64,000 bases of DNA from Phoronis australis (taxonomy: Eukaryota; Animalia; Phoronida), in the NCBI GenBank assembly GCA_002633005.1, contig NMRA01000446.1, positions 1 to 64,000 of the forward strand, read 5' to 3'. A program made the translations under genes and the position numbers. The notes under the pieces were generated by a model. The model ran no database searches, was not told where the DNA came from, and saw nothing but the letters and a program-made list of their open reading frames with translations. The stretch's first letter is position 1; every line of letters starts with the position of its first letter. Shown here one piece after another: positions 36,433 through 50,378 of this stretch.

Positions 36433-37317
36433 CACTTAGAACCGAGTCAATAATTGCGTCCACGGTAAGGTTTACTGCAAGGCTTTATGAATGGTGTCCG
36501 AACTCAACATCATTTCGGTCAGCTATCAACCTAATATTTGCACAGTTTGGCATCATGAATAGTGTATCAATGATTCAACATGATATGGATTCGACACAAC
36601 GACACATCTAAGCGATAGGGAAAGATACCCAACAGAAGTTGTTGCTCAATATAGTTACTCGTTCTATATACCGCTGACCTTTGGCATAGTCCCTTTCCAG
36701 CATGCGGCTTACAGCTTGCGCCTGGTAAATAAAAGGGCTTACAGGTTATCACACACCACACACTAGCAATTTCAATCGGGGTAACGACCTCCACGTTGTG
36801 CTTATGATGTTTTCGCTCAATGTTTATAACTGCCCTCACAATCGACACCCGTGTAGAAATGCGTGATAAATCTACCGGCCTGAGTGAGGATCTGATCCCA
36901 TGGACGTCGGCACTATACATGAGCTTACTTCACGGACTGGGTACCAAAAGAAAAATGCGTGACGCAAACATTTACTTACCGGTGACTGAACTTCCCGTGT
37001 ATTAACCCTGCGCTGCCCAGTTTCTTATGGCAGGTACATGTAGGCCAAGCCGTTAAATACAGCACTTAGCTTCCTCACACATGCGTAGGCTACAGTGGTT
37101 ATCGAAAACAGTCAACGAGATTGTTGTCCTTACGTGGCGAGAACGGCTTGGTACGAGTCGGATCATCAAGAGTTGTCGAAAAACACACAATTATTGTCGC
37201 GAAAATCGAAGACATATTGCAGATTCGCTAAAAATGTTTGGCACCTATTATATAAAGTGAGTACATGTCTAATCAAATAATACACCTCGGGGGGTTTCTG
37301 CGAAGACAATTAAACTT

Positions 37318-37540
37318 CATACGCGCACCCGGGGGGGGGGGGTCGAATGAGTCCCTCATTTGGCGAAGTGGGCAAAAAGGTTCACCTCATAGAAACAAAA
37401 AGTACGAGAAAACGAAGCAAAAATCCACGGGAATTCGGCACAAATGCCCAATCCATAGGTCTAAACCTAGTACCCCGATTTTTTTTTCTTAGTCCCCGTT
37501 ATTTCAGTAAAAGGTCAACGTATTGAAAAATTCGATCCAC
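37318..37540 (-). mobile_element. Family-B MITE fragment
   Basis: CATACGCGCACCCGGGGGG...TTTGGCGAAGTGGGCAAAAAGG matches the reverse complement of the 60642-60893 right end. Confidence 0.65.
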
Positions 37541-38671
37541 TCATGTCGATGTGTAAAATATATAACGGCGCATTTCCATTGGTTTTCCAGTCCAACCTCC
37601 TATCTCCAGCTCTGGCAAGAATCAGCTGCAATTCCTATATACTTTCAAACTTCTGTGGCACTTTGCACGACCTCAGATGACTTCTGACGTCTTTGAAACA
37701 GATAATGAAGGCCACATTTCCTCCGCGATCACACTTGTGGAACGAAAATTGACCAAATGTACAAAAAGGAAATTCCTCCATATTCTTTGCAGTGACAGGA
37801 AGTGCATGTCTCTAGCCCTAAAGTGCTATTGGTAAAGTTAAACAAAGCATGGAGTGTTCTAAAAAATTGGGTCTCAAAATTGAAATTTAAATTTTTGAGA
37901 TATTGCATTGTTGATATCAGATCATATGTTTCAGGTGATATCTCTAAACTAAAAGAGTAGCCTCAATTCTCTTGTCAGTCAGAGTAAGGCCACATCACAA
38001 AAGTGCCCTAATTCGAGGGCCACGTTTAGTACTAAATATACAAGAGACAAGTTTTTTAAAAGCAATTATCAACGTTCAATCTTAGAAGTGTCTACACATA
38101 GAATTTCAACTTCAAATATATTCCGATATAGCAGGCAGGTTAAGCAACATCTTGCCACTTGTGACTGGCCTAAAAAGTGGTCTCGGAAATTTCTCCCCTG
38201 CTGGAAATTTAATTGTACCTGTGATTGCAAATTTCATTTCATTTTCTTACTAACCTTACACGAGTCAAACCACCAGTTTTTCAAGTCTGATTTTTTACCG
38301 TTCAAAAATGCAGTTTTACTGACATGAAAAAATGCAAAAAATGACTTTATAGCCAAATATGTCATATCTCGGTAACCAAAGGTCCTTGAGAGCAAATATT
38401 GCAGCAGTGTACTTTGGGCCAGCATCCCAACACATGCACAAAATATTAGCTCTGTATGAAGTTTTGAGTATACAGTGATTTTTCATTTTCTTATGGTTTT
38501 TATATGGAATCATTCTTAACAATAATGCACATCAGTTTAGGACCTGTTCCTTCAGACTAGTATCATACAACGTGGTGATCAAATTTTCAGGGATTAAATT
38601 TTCAGGGATTAAATTTTCATGAATAGACGTAGAGGGACCCAGCGTGTTCAATCGAATCCAGTAAATAAAAG

Positions 38672-38673
<2 letters not shown>

Positions 38674-38750
<77 letters not shown>

Positions 38751-38759
38751 CGTGCGTGT
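38674..38759. repeat. (GT)n microsatellite, about 36 pure units then (GCGT)n
   Basis: Direct reading. Confidence 0.98.
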
Positions 38760-40138
38760 TTGCCGCATGCTTTACAAAACGTTGATGCTTTACAAAACGT
38801 TGGAGCGACGCCAGAAGAAAGACTCGTTCAGGTAGACAATGTGGAGACTTATTTCGCGAGCACTAAATAAAACACTTCTGTCCTCTGACTGGCTACCGCT
38901 TTTCAGATGCCTTCTTTTCGTCAGTCTGATCAAATGTCTTAATTTAAAACCTTACACATAAACAAGGCGAGCAGCCAATGACAATACTTCAGTGAAAGCA
39001 GGTAAAAACATACGACTCTAGACGAAGAAAACGGGGATTCAGAAGACGTACCATGAAACTAATATAGACCTATTCCTTTCGTATATCAAATAATGCGGAC
39101 TCCTAGAGAGCAATATTTCACCCTCAGAACCGGTCCTTGTTTATATTATTTTACTGCCAAACCGGTTCATTGCGCCGGGTACTATCTCTGTGTGCCAGTG
39201 ACGAAGTTAAAAAGATGCCAAACCCGGTTTTGTTCTATTAACAGGTACTAAAAAAGACCTTCCCGTCTAATTGCCTGAAACCGAAATAATGCTCTATGGC
39301 ACTCGAAAGTTTGGAGGAAAACTTGACTATTCCTTTCGACGTTTGCAAAACGGCAAGCGTTACTTACGAATTTAGTAAATTAAAAGACAACTGTGGAGGA
39401 CGACCACCCACCAAGAACCATAATACCCAATATGTGACATATAGGGAGTGTAAGTTCTCAGTTGATCTTTCAAGGTTGGCGCCACTGATGCATTAGCAAG
39501 TGACAGGAGGACAATTGGCTGAAATCATTAAAACAGGATTTAGTATCTTATTAAAATTATCACTGTATTTGTCTACTTCGCCCGGTCGCTTCCAATAGGT
39601 ACCCCTCCCCCCGGGCTCCCTCCTCTCTTCAACAAGGGTTTTGTTTGCCGCCTCTTCTTCATCTATGCCGTCCTCTGTCGGAGTGCCGCACGGGAAACGA
39701 CAATCCCATCCCACAGGTTATCGCCATTACTGGATGAACGTTGTTAAATGCATTGCCATCTTCAGATAAGATTCGAATAAACGACAAAAAGATGAATGTA
39801 GAAGTAATATCTTTTAAAAAACATATCCAAATTGTGAAATAATTTGCATTCTGGGGGTTTACGAAGCATTGCGACCCTTTTTATTTACAACCACAAGGAT
39901 TAGCACAAGTTTTGGCTTAGCAAATGCGTTATCTTTCACAGTGCATCATATATTTGTACCAGGCTCTATTTTGTCCACATCAGACATTACGCTATGTTGC
40001 AAAATTTTGCGTAAGTTCCCAACTAAAACTTCTGTAAACATGTGTGGCCAAATCCGGCTCTCGTACTCAACAACTTTCATGGTTTTTAAACTTTATTACG
40101 CAGAAGTATGAAACGGTCACCTTAGCGGCGCTTGGTAA

Positions 40139-41590
40139 CTAAGTAGTCGCCATATAACGACCTTGTTTTTCTGTCATATTGATTATATCAGGTAGAGACC
40201 TCCTTTTGGATGTTTTTCGACAGATGACGTCCACCGTGTCTGCCGATGTCAGATCGTACGTCTTGATAATTTCGTCCGTGAACGACGGAACTTTACCTTT
40301 TGTTTCAGATACGTCATAGAAAAAATGACCACAGTCGTACGACGACGTAGTCACGTTGTCATTCAAAATGTCCGAGTTCGTCTCTTGTTGGTTGTCTTCG
40401 TTGTCCATATGTACGAGGGCGTACGACGTCCAAGTATTTATTTCGCGGTTGTACGTCGGTGTGTAGTCTCGTGAATTGTCGATCGACGTTCCATCGTAAA
40501 TGTCACAGGTATATTCGCATTCGCTTACGTCACTGAAACTTTCTTGGTCAAAACTGTCCGTAGCCGTTTCCAGACGAGACTCCATCTCGTGTTCGTACAC
40601 GCCACAGTACTTCCGATCTTCCTTTTGTGCATGCTCACATTTGCACACGACGCAAGGACTAACGATTGTTTCCTGTGAGAATGTTTGGCATGTTTGGGAA
40701 AAGCGAGAGAAATCAAGACTCATGTTTGGTTCAAATCTTCTCGTAACTGACTTCCCGTCCCGTGAACCTTCTTCAAGGTCACCAACAGATCCACAGTCCA
40801 TGGACTGATCGTCAAACATGACGTCATATCCTATGCTCAGGTCAGTATCGTCGTGACCGATACCCGAGAGATCAAATTTTGTGTGCAGTTCTTCTAGAAA
40901 CTCCATCCCGTGACTGTCCCAAGCAAACGATGTGTCATTCATATCCTCGATGCTGCACATATCGGATATGTTATCGCCTGCGGCCTTGGTTGGCCTAACG
41001 GCGGGAAACTCTGACCACCTATCATATCCAAGAGCCTCTATAGGTTGACCTCTGTCTAGTTTGCCTAACATATCGTCTACTGAAAAATATTCTGGTGTTG
41101 TGACACTAGTCAGAAATGACGTTGTCATGAGATTGTCTCGCACGCTCCAACTCAGGTTATCGTCTGAAACGTAACTTATCTCAGACTGAGTGCTATAGTC
41201 ATAATCTTCGCATGGTGGCATTGCTTTCACTTTCGTCCTCCCACAAGGCTCTACATTTGGTAATTCTTGGGTGTCACCTTCAACCAGTGCTTGTGACGAT
41301 GCGCCAGTATGGCTTTTGTTCGAACGTAATCTTATCGATTTTGGTCGATTTTTATAGTTTACTTTGTCACCTATTCCGTATTGAATATCTATTGTGTTCG
41401 TAACTTTGTCTATGCGGTTAACCAAATCTCGCATTTCTGTGACTACACTCTCTAAATCCTGGAGCACGTGCTCGAGATTCGATATCACAGCGGTCACGTG
41501 TTTCCGTAAGTTCTCGCTTTTTCCAATGTCGCCGTTTTGAACTGTTTCCTTTGGTCCTCCTACATCGGTCACCCGTTCCATTTGTTCCAT
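40139..41590 (-). CDS. 483-aa acidic protein with an N-terminal coiled coil resembling the INSYN1/PRR16 (Largen, DUF4589) family
   Basis: 1452-nt uninterrupted ORF with no TE motifs. LRKHVTAVISNLEHVLQDLESVVTEMRDLVNRIDKVT matches the remembered INSYN1/PRR16 pattern (vi.qLE.iL.eLk.VakElrevV.qID.lT). Acceptor TTTTTTCAG at 41751-41750 upstream; AATAAA signals near 40092 and 39880 downstream. Confidence 0.8.
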   Translation of the reverse strand: MEQMERVTDVGGPKETVQNGDIGKSENLRKHVTAVISNLEHVLQDLESVVTEMRDLVNRIDKVTNTIDIQYGIGDKVNYKNRPKSIRLRSNKSHTGASSQALVEGDTQELPNVEPCGRTKVKAMPPCEDYDYSTQSEISYVSDDNLSWSVRDNLMTTSFLTSVTTPEYFSVDDMLGKLDRGQPIEALGYDRWSEFPAVRPTKAAGDNISDMCSIEDMNDTSFAWDSHGMEFLEELHTKFDLSGIGHDDTDLSIGYDVMFDDQSMDCGSVGDLEEGSRDGKSVTRRFEPNMSLDFSRFSQTCQTFSQETIVSPCVVCKCEHAQKEDRKYCGVYEHEMESRLETATDSFDQESFSDVSECEYTCDIYDGTSIDNSRDYTPTYNREINTWTSYALVHMDNEDNQQETNSDILNDNVTTSSYDCGHFFYDVSETKGKVPSFTDEIIKTYDLTSADTVDVICRKTSKRRSLPDIINMTEKQGRYMATT

Positions 41591-42835
41591 GATGCGCTCT
41601 CCTATTTCGTCTCATCAACTTGTGACTTATTTCCTTCTATCAGCATTCACTTCCGCACACGCTCCGTTCCTTTTCGTTTGCTCGGCTATGTAAGCCGTTG
41701 TCAAAATATTGATAGTGTCCAAAACTTGGATTCATCACAAACATTCCATCTGAAAAAATACAAGAAGCACTTCAGAAACTTTGTATTTACCTGGTGGTGC
41801 TAATCGTGTCCTGGCTTCGTTTGACAGTTTGTCAAGCAAAGGTTTGCAAAGACAGTTGGAATGTTCAATCTTCATATGCACTATGCACTAACAAAAGAAT
41901 ATCACTCTTCGTCACAAATGCTGACAATCCCAAATTATAGAAATCTGTCACTAAAAATCCACCCTCTTTAAATTGCCCTCATGCGTACCCCTTGACACGA
42001 TGTTGTGTACAAATATGTTCCGTTTCAATTGTCCCAATTAAAAAGTGTAACGTTCCTAAATGATAAGTTACAGTCAGGCGCTACCTTATACAAAATTAAA
42101 AACAAAGCAGTGACAACAATATGGCCACGCGCTCACCCATTCACAAACACACATTCAACGAGGGAGCTAAAAACGAAGAGTTGTGAAAACAACAAAATCA
42201 TATGTTTCACTTTTGAACTTGAAATCGAACTCTAAATTATTTCTCTCATTTTCTGTTCTACTTTTGAGCGAACTCAAAATAAGTGTCTATTATTCGGTGC
42301 TCTAGTACATTCATGGTTGTGGGAATGAGTTTCTAGTACAAGTTAGCTTTTGATCACTGGCTGTTAGATTTGAACTAAAAGCTCGAGAAGAAAGTCAAGA
42401 TTTCGAGTTAATCTTCAAATTTCGAATTTGCACTCAAGCTTAAGGCTTTATGATGAGGTCATTAAGTGCAAAGTAGGATTAGACAGTTATCCACACAAGC
42501 CATTGTGCACTCGAGCATAAAATAATAGACACTCGTCTTGAGTTGGTACAAAAGTAGAATAAAGAAAACGACAAAAAATAAATTCAAGTTCGATCTCGTA
42601 TAAAAATAGTAGACCCTGGGTCCTGGAGTTATAAGTTTTGCTCGTAGAAGGGTGTGACACAAAAAAAGATTCACAATTCTCGATACACCGAATTTACCAA
42701 GGCCTACGCCAATGCAACTAGGTTTTAACGATGCATGAATTCTTTAATCCATCAGTATATTTTAGACCAAATGCACAATTATTGTTTGCTTCACTGGGCA
42801 TTGCAGTTACGTACCAAAGGAAGGGCGTTTTGATT

Positions 42836-43804
42836 TGTAGTTACTAAGGGAAATTGGGCTGGATACTAAGTTTCTGCCTGCCTTGTAGCAGCGTGTTTGT
42901 AAATGTTTATTTACAGAGATGCTGCGTGTCAAAGTGAGGCTAGTGGAGAAGGGGACTAGTCTCAAAACAGAAAGATGTTCACCTGCATAGTGGGGTAAGG
43001 GTTTAGTGTAATTTCTCGATAGTACAAGTGAGGTCGTTGCTGCAGTAGGATTACGTGATGAACTACTCGTTTCTAATCCAGGTTATTCATGTCAGAGGTT
43101 ATGCAAAAACCGGCGATAGGCCCTACCACCCGGAGAGTGATTCCCTCAAGGAGATTGGCAGGGGCGTGCCGTCAACTTCAATGCACCGTTTGCACTCTGG
43201 AGTATTGCCTCGCATGTATGGCGTTGGCCAGCACCGCCATGGTATTCGAAAGAGGACTCCCTTATCTGGCGATTAGGGGAAACTGTATTACAAAAGTATT
43301 TCAAAAATGTGTAATCATCTGGGCCGTTTACACAGAAATAAGTGAAATATCGGATAACAACGCAATGGCATCAAATGATCATAGGTCCGGCCTCGTTCTG
43401 GGCACAGTCGCCTTCGTGGGGACTACTTAAATGCAGCGACATTTTTGACTATATTGACTTTCATATCTGGAAATTAACTTTTACCTAGCGTTTTGTAATT
43501 ATTTTATAAAGGGCTGTAGAGAGTGCACAAATTTCTTTTCTTTGTTATTGTGTAATCTTTTTCTACACAATGAATTATTCGGAATGTGTAAAACGAAATC
43601 TGAAGGAAGGTGTGTGTGTTGGTTGGAACACAGAAGTAACCAGGACACTACTATACGAGGAGAGACCTGTTAGAGAGGTACTATCGAGGCCGAACGACAT
43701 CAATGTGAGTGAGAAATTGTGTGTCTGCAGACACACAATTTCTCACGCTATGTCCTTGCTGTGAAAGTCTAGCTACTAAGTCACTTGGTCTGATTTTTAC
43801 TACA
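42836..43804. mobile_element. Candidate solo LTR (969 bp)
   Basis: Inverted termini TGTAGT...ACTACA; near-TSD GATT/AATT; composition distinct from the flanks. Confidence 0.5.
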
Positions 43805-45097
43805 AATTACGGGTGAGAAGAGATTAGAAAAGCCATGTCTGTTAGGAACCAGTCCAACAATTGTGGTAACCCAATTTGCGTTATTCAACTATCAAATGTA
43901 CCCGGTGGATAATTTTCGAAGTTTCATGAAATTTGTCATCCCTATAAAATTATATCCCTTTGTCGTAGACTATTGCTTGAGTGGTTTAACTTTCTAAATT
44001 GTGGCATAGTTCGTAACGTCATAACGATAACTGGGTCAGTGCCAATTATGGTTTCCTGCTACTGTGATTCCACGGAACAGGCCCGCAAGCGTCCAGACTT
44101 ACTCCTGGGTCCCTTTACAAAAATGTACTTATATTTTATTACACCTCAGAGCGCCACAAGGACTGTCAAAGTAGACGGTATCATGTAGAGGTCGAGCGAC
44201 TGTCCATATCACATGCCATATCAGATGAGTGTGGATGTGGACGATATACGCTCACACCGGGAAGTCGAAAACAGCACATGAAAAAGCTTTAACAACACAA
44301 AGGTTGAACGAATCAGTGTCGTTACAGAGTTTCTCACCTTGTACAACAACCTGTACCAATGAAGCATCTTGATCCGAACGCTTCAATCTAAGCAACTCAG
44401 TTGAACTAAGTTAGTACTGTATGCCTGTGTCATTCAATCTGCTGAGGATGGACACGGTTTTCTATAATGTGACATACAATGTCTATAATGTGACATACAT
44501 GTCTATAATCCCTGAACTACCTTTCAAAAGAAGTGTGCCTCAAGCAACATTAGACGACGGAGGTCATTGTACTTCTAGGAGATTAGTTTAATTTTAATAG
44601 CGAGTTTTCTGTTACAGGCGAATAGATCGTTGAATGGCATACACTGTGTGCAAGTCATGCCTTGGTAGACATGCATGTCAATAATGTTTGTATATTTCAT
44701 ATCTCATAAAGAAATTCACTTTATTTTGTCAACAGTAAGGATTCGCTTGCTATTATTGCACATGTACCGAGCAGTGCCTGGCTGTCTAGTTTTATTTATT
44801 GTGTATACCATTAAGGTTAGGATTTATTTGCATTCAAACGCTGAATTTTCATGTTCGTTATATATGTAGTATCATATTAAATCAGCCTCGATGTTATTTA
44901 CTATGCAAATCACGATGAATGCCAAGCAAAATATTTTTTGAGAGCGAATTCAAAGCGTCGGGTGTTGTAACAAACGTTTGTTTTAAGGTACGCGTTTTGA
45001 AGTCAGCAAACAAATGAGATTGAAAACACATTTTTTGTTTAATTCCTTGTTTATATTCATCTTAGTTTGGTCTTGAAAAGTTGCCGCTAACACTAAG

Positions 45098-45252
45098 CAG
45101 GGGCGGATCCAGGATTTTGAGTCAGGGGGGCCAGGGCAGAGTTTTAGCCAGGATTTTGCCCGTCAGACATTCGCACCCCTGAATTACCAAATGGAGAATG
45201 CAGAATTTTAGGGGGGCATGGCCCCCTTGGCCCCGCTCTAAATCCGCCACTG
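45098..45252 (+). mobile_element. Family-A MITE (5-bp TSD)
   Basis: TIR CAGGGGCGGAT/ATCCGCCACTG; perfect TSD CTAAG; collinear with 15944-16099. Confidence 0.88.
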
Positions 45253-48200
45253 CTAAGCAAATTATAAACCAGTCGTTCATCCAGCATGAAGCAACGGGTT
45301 ACATACAGTCTAAAGCTATTCCAATTTTCACAACAGAAGTTACGCTTTGATTATACCACGTGATATCTGTTTTTAGTGTCTGCTAATCCCACACCTTAAC
45401 AATACGATTAGAAGAACATACGTTTTTATCATCGACTGATAATAAAACCGGCAAATTAACTCGCTTTTGTAAATACTTGGATAAATGCGCTGAGTGTGTA
45501 CAATACGTAGTGAACCAGAGAACCGACAGTAAGATTATGTCCCCGTCAATAGAAGCTTGTCGAGTGCTGGGAATTCTCGCAAACCAAATGTGAGGCCATT
45601 TTATGTGCCCACACGTAACTTACGAGTGTTTTGGGGATATGCTTATGGGCCCATAGGCCTATTTTTTGAGCTGTGACTAAACTTTTAACGGTTCGTAAAG
45701 TTTCCCAAAATGGAATAGCCTCAACGAGTGTCAAACAAAACATGCCTTAAATAAGACCCACGATCTGCTGTTTATTTCAGCACTATTTGAGCTTTGCCAA
45801 CACACAAGTGTCCTCATTCTAGCTCATTTTTTCGAAACTTCTGCCCAAATTATGATTTTTTTACTAGAAAATGTGCCGTTTCCGAATATATTTCTTGTGG
45901 CTCACTATAAGAAATTACTGGTGTTATTATTAGTGTTCAAAACATATTTACTTCTTAAAAAGATACCACAGCCATCAGAAGGTCTAGTTTCTAAATTGCT
46001 GACACGAACATGTAGGCCTACACTGTAGATGTTCGAGTACGAGTTCTAAGGTTGTTCTGTTGTTTTACACAAGAGTATTTTCAACGTTTCATCTGCAAAA
46101 AATTATTGACCAGGCAGTGGCGGTTGCCGTCATGCTTGTAGTTTGATGCAGGTTGATTTGCAGTGTAGTTGTCGTGGCGAGGAAAATGACGAAGACGTCA
46201 GAACAAGACGAAAAGGATGCAGAATCACGTGCAAAGTTTTGTCTATTTTTTCCTTAAAGTAAAGCTTTCAACCTGAGTCTGGTTCAAAATGCGTGGCTAT
46301 ACACTGGCACTTGATATCGTGCCGCACACTTAAAATTTGTTCAATTCAGGAATTTGCAAAAGGGGTTTCATTTCCTTCAAATATTTCAGTGTAAAGATTG
46401 TTTGACTTTTTAGTTGTTAACTGCTTTACTGAATGTGGCGCAGGTCTTTTTCCTTCATTTCACGAACTGTGCGTGTACTTTTCTTGTGGATTCAATTCCT
46501 TTAGTCGCACGAGATTCAGTTATTTTTTGTGCTTTACAATTATTGTCTTACAGGCAACCGTTTATCACGAGTCATAGGTCCTCTTCACGAACGTCCTTTT
46601 TTATCAATTGGTCATGAGAAAAAAACGCTGATATAGAGAGAACACGCGTGCAGTTTGTTTGAAATGGGTGTAGCTACCCTGGTCGTAATTCAGTGGTTAT
46701 GCAGGCAGGGTCAAAATTAATTTACCCCTTGCATCAATAATAAAGGACAGGCAATCAATTGATATTGCATCCCTCTCTACTATCGTAGCCTGTCGCGCTG
46801 CATCCAGAAAGCTTTCAAATTTAATAACGACTAGTGGTCGAATATTCCCATAATCGAACGAAATGAGCGCATACACGTCACTGAATACCATGTCAAGCGT
46901 ATATTCCAAATTCCTGTGTTTGAACGCTGGACTTCTACACTAGCAAGAACGCTGTCGAAAAGTAACCATTGAAGTTCTTCTTAACGGTCTTGAAACGAGA
47001 GCAGAATAATTAAACCGTTCTAAAGCATCGGGCGCTTCATAAGTGTTATGAATGTTTTATGATTTATGCAACATATTGCTCATTAAAATTGTACAACCAA
47101 ACTTTTTTAAATTAGTGATGCACAAAAACTATCCACTTTGAAGCTGGCGCCTTTATTCAATTTCTCATCTTAACTCGTGTCTTTGTGATCATGATTCTTA
47201 GTTCCCAGCCGATATTGGTATTAGCAGCATCAGTGACAAGCCTTCTTGGCGGAGATTGCTCGCCGCGGGAATTAATGCCAATTTCCGTTAGATTTCAATA
47301 GTCAAGATATCAGTCATTTAATAATGAAGGATCTTATGATAATTAAATATGACCCCCTGCCAGTCAGCTCTGAACTGGACACGGAGCTCAATAATTGTTT
47401 ACCGTGCATATCTCACGTCATTTCTGATACTCATTGTGGATTTGTGGCGAACAGTTTAAGATGGCTGCGAAGCAAGATACTGCACAGCCTTAAGAAAAGA
47501 GAGCCAAAACGTTTACCGGTGACTGTTATTTCATGTGTTATAGCTGGTTAAGAGCTTCCTTTCCAACAAAAGTCGCTACACGGTGTGCGCCAGAAAAAAA
47601 ACATTTGATGGCACAAGGTGCAATGAACTTCGGAAATTACAAATATAACATTTGGTTTATACCACTGACTACATAACATTGGCCTCAGCTTAGTAGACGT
47701 GACATCTTGGTTTGGTAAGAACTGAAAGTTACTTATCGCTTAACTCAGACCATGTTCAACAGGTTGACGAATCATCAATTTCAGGCGCAGAGTATAAGTC
47801 TTTAGCAACAACGAACAGTCAGTACTCCAAACAAGCGGAACACCTCGGGTACTTTCGTAACCTTAAATTTCCCCCGGAGATGAAAGCTATCTGCGCATGT
47901 GCAAACTTCCGTCATACAACAAGTTGTGTGAGTTTCAAACGAAAGAATGATTGAACCTCATTTGTTGGAAATCTCAATTCCGTTCTGAGTAGTAAATAGT
48001 CCCCTGGAGATTATATTACATTTAACCTCACACTCAAAACAATCCCCAAAATCGTCCTTTAAGCCATGTCTACATACACTGATCGGTCGTCTGCGACTTT
48101 ACAGCGACTTCGTACGTCACAATTCGAGTGAGTATGCAGAAACCAGTACAAAGTCGTGTACAACTTCTCCGGAGTTTACCGAAAACCGGAGCAAAATCGA

Positions 48201-48799
48201 GCGTGCTCTTGTGTCGCAATGAGCAAGTCGCGTACGACTTTTTACCTCGAAGAGACGAGTCGGCAGGCTAGCTCCAATTAGCCGTTTGGAACAGTTTGAT
48301 ACGAAGTCTTATGATACTGAATGGAGTGCATAGGACCATAAGCTCATCTGGGTGTCTCGAGTAAGCTGACAGCTCACTCCAAAGCGTGAAAGTAGGCCTA
48401 CTGCAAGCTGAATTCGTAGTTCACCGTACGTCTGCGCAGGCCTTAAAGGTTTTGAACTATGACCTAATCGCGAGGTCAGCGTATTTAGCCAAATATCTAC
48501 AAAACCATAGATTTTAACTCCGTAAAAGTACATATTTTCTGAAAGTACAAAGTCTGTAGACTTTGATTGTTGACCTTCTACCAGTCTATTATTAATTGGG
48601 TCACGTGATCATGTCTTTTACTAAAACTTGACCACAAAGAAAGGTGCAAGGATAGCAAAACAACGGTATCAAAAACATGATCAAATTTTGTTCGATTTGA
48701 ATGTTTTCTATGATATCATTTCGTTTTTGGTTTATACAACTGTTTGATTTTTTCATGAAAACCGTTAAAGTACTAATTTAATAGCTTCCCATATATGCT

Positions 48800-49433
48800 C
48801 AACATTCTGTGATAACAAGAATCTAGGATTCGAAACGTTTAAAACATTATTTAATTCGTGTGCAGCACCAATTTTGGATTACGGGTCATCTGTTTGGGGT
48901 TACAAAAAATTTAGTAATGATGAAAACATTCAAAACAGAGCTATGCGTTTTTATTTAGGGGTCAACCGATTTACAGCCACTCATGCTGTTAGAGGCGATA
49001 TGGGGTGGGACTCCACCGGAAATAGATTTAAATTGAACAAGCTGCGTCTTTGGAACAAACTAGTGACCACGGGTGGTGATAGGTTACTGAAGAAGGTATT
49101 TCTATGAGACTACTATGTTGGTAGAAAGGGCTGAATAGACGGAATCAAAAATTTGTATAACCTAATTGGCATGCAATCCTGTTTTCAAAATTTGACTACT
49201 TGTAACATAGTAGATGCTAGAAACAAACTGTTTGAATACTCGAAACATGTTTGGGCTGAGTCTGTTGTAACAAAACCCAAGTTAAGAACCTACATTTTAT
49301 TTAAGCACAAGATTTTAATTGAGCCGTATGTAAGGATTAATTTATCTCATTCCGAGAGATCTCTTCTGGCTCAGCTAAGAGCAGGAAATCTCCCATTGCA
49401 CTTGGAAACTGGCCGTTATGTAAACACTCATGT
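48800..49433 (+). mobile_element. RTEX-like LINE 3' fragment, part 1
   Basis: LDYGSSVWG...IQNRAMRFYLGV..AVRGDMGW...KLRLWNKL...KPKLRTY..FK...LAQLRAGNLPLHLETGRY, with internal stops. Confidence 0.8.
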
Positions 49434-50143
49434 TAGGCCATGGGCCGTAGTATATATAGCTCCAGTCTTTTCATCGTGTGACCATTTCAGGGAGCAACTT
49501 GATTTTTTCTGTATGGCTAGATTAGTATACCGTTAAGCAATTGATACCTGAAAAGTTCCCACGTTTTAAGTTGCACATTTTTTGTAGAAAAACAGTTTTT
49601 TGTGAGTTCAAATGTTACATTATTGAACAAGAGGTAGCGCTAAATCCAACAAAAGACTAGCACAAGATGGCATTTTAAGGCAATCACAAACTCAGAAAAT
49701 AAGTAACTGCAGACCTAATCTAACATGGCGGCTCCCTTAGAGATGCTGTCAATAAATGCTGCATACATTTTCAAGCACTAAATTCATCTGATTTGTTGTG
49801 TTTCTCGAAAGCGACATGGGTAAAGAGCATTGACTGTGTGAAAGAATGTCTTTCCATTGGAGATGAAGACAGTAATGAGCACAATGTATGTGACCAGTTG
49901 TCATTTGCATCAAGTAACTTCACGGATTGGCGTGGGTTCCAGGCAGTAGTATCACGAATCATTTTATACAAGCTTATTGGCGTTTCAAAGATTGAAAGAG
50001 CGAAGAGGAAAGATTGCGAAACTATAAAGTATGCCGAGAATAGAACCCCCTGATTACGACCAAGATGATGGTAAGTGTTAAATTTTTCCTGGGAATTTGA
50101 TAAATTGATGCAAGTCACTGAGTCAGTGCCTCAATAGGAAACA

Positions 50144-50378
50144 GGTCACTTCATACCCAAATCAACACGTACCCAAGTCAAATTTCAAAAGTATTTCAAA
50201 ACTATGTAATTTGGCAAAGCAGTGATTAAAATCAATCAATCGCGCCATATTTATGCAAAACGACTCATTATTACCCGTTATTTAGAGAATGAAAATGAAA
50301 ATTTATTAGTAATGTTTTTAGCACGGACACTAGTTGACTTGGGTGCGAGTTGGCTACGGTACGAACTGACTGGAAAAC
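50144..50378. mobile_element. Small MITE nested in the Academ-like element
   Basis: GTACCCAAGTCAA at left versus TTGACTTGGGTGCGAGTTG/GGTACGAACTGAC at right, inverted. Confidence 0.6.

Noticed and set aside
38532-38870. THTH/VCVC ORFs
   Set aside because: Translations of the (GT)n microsatellite.
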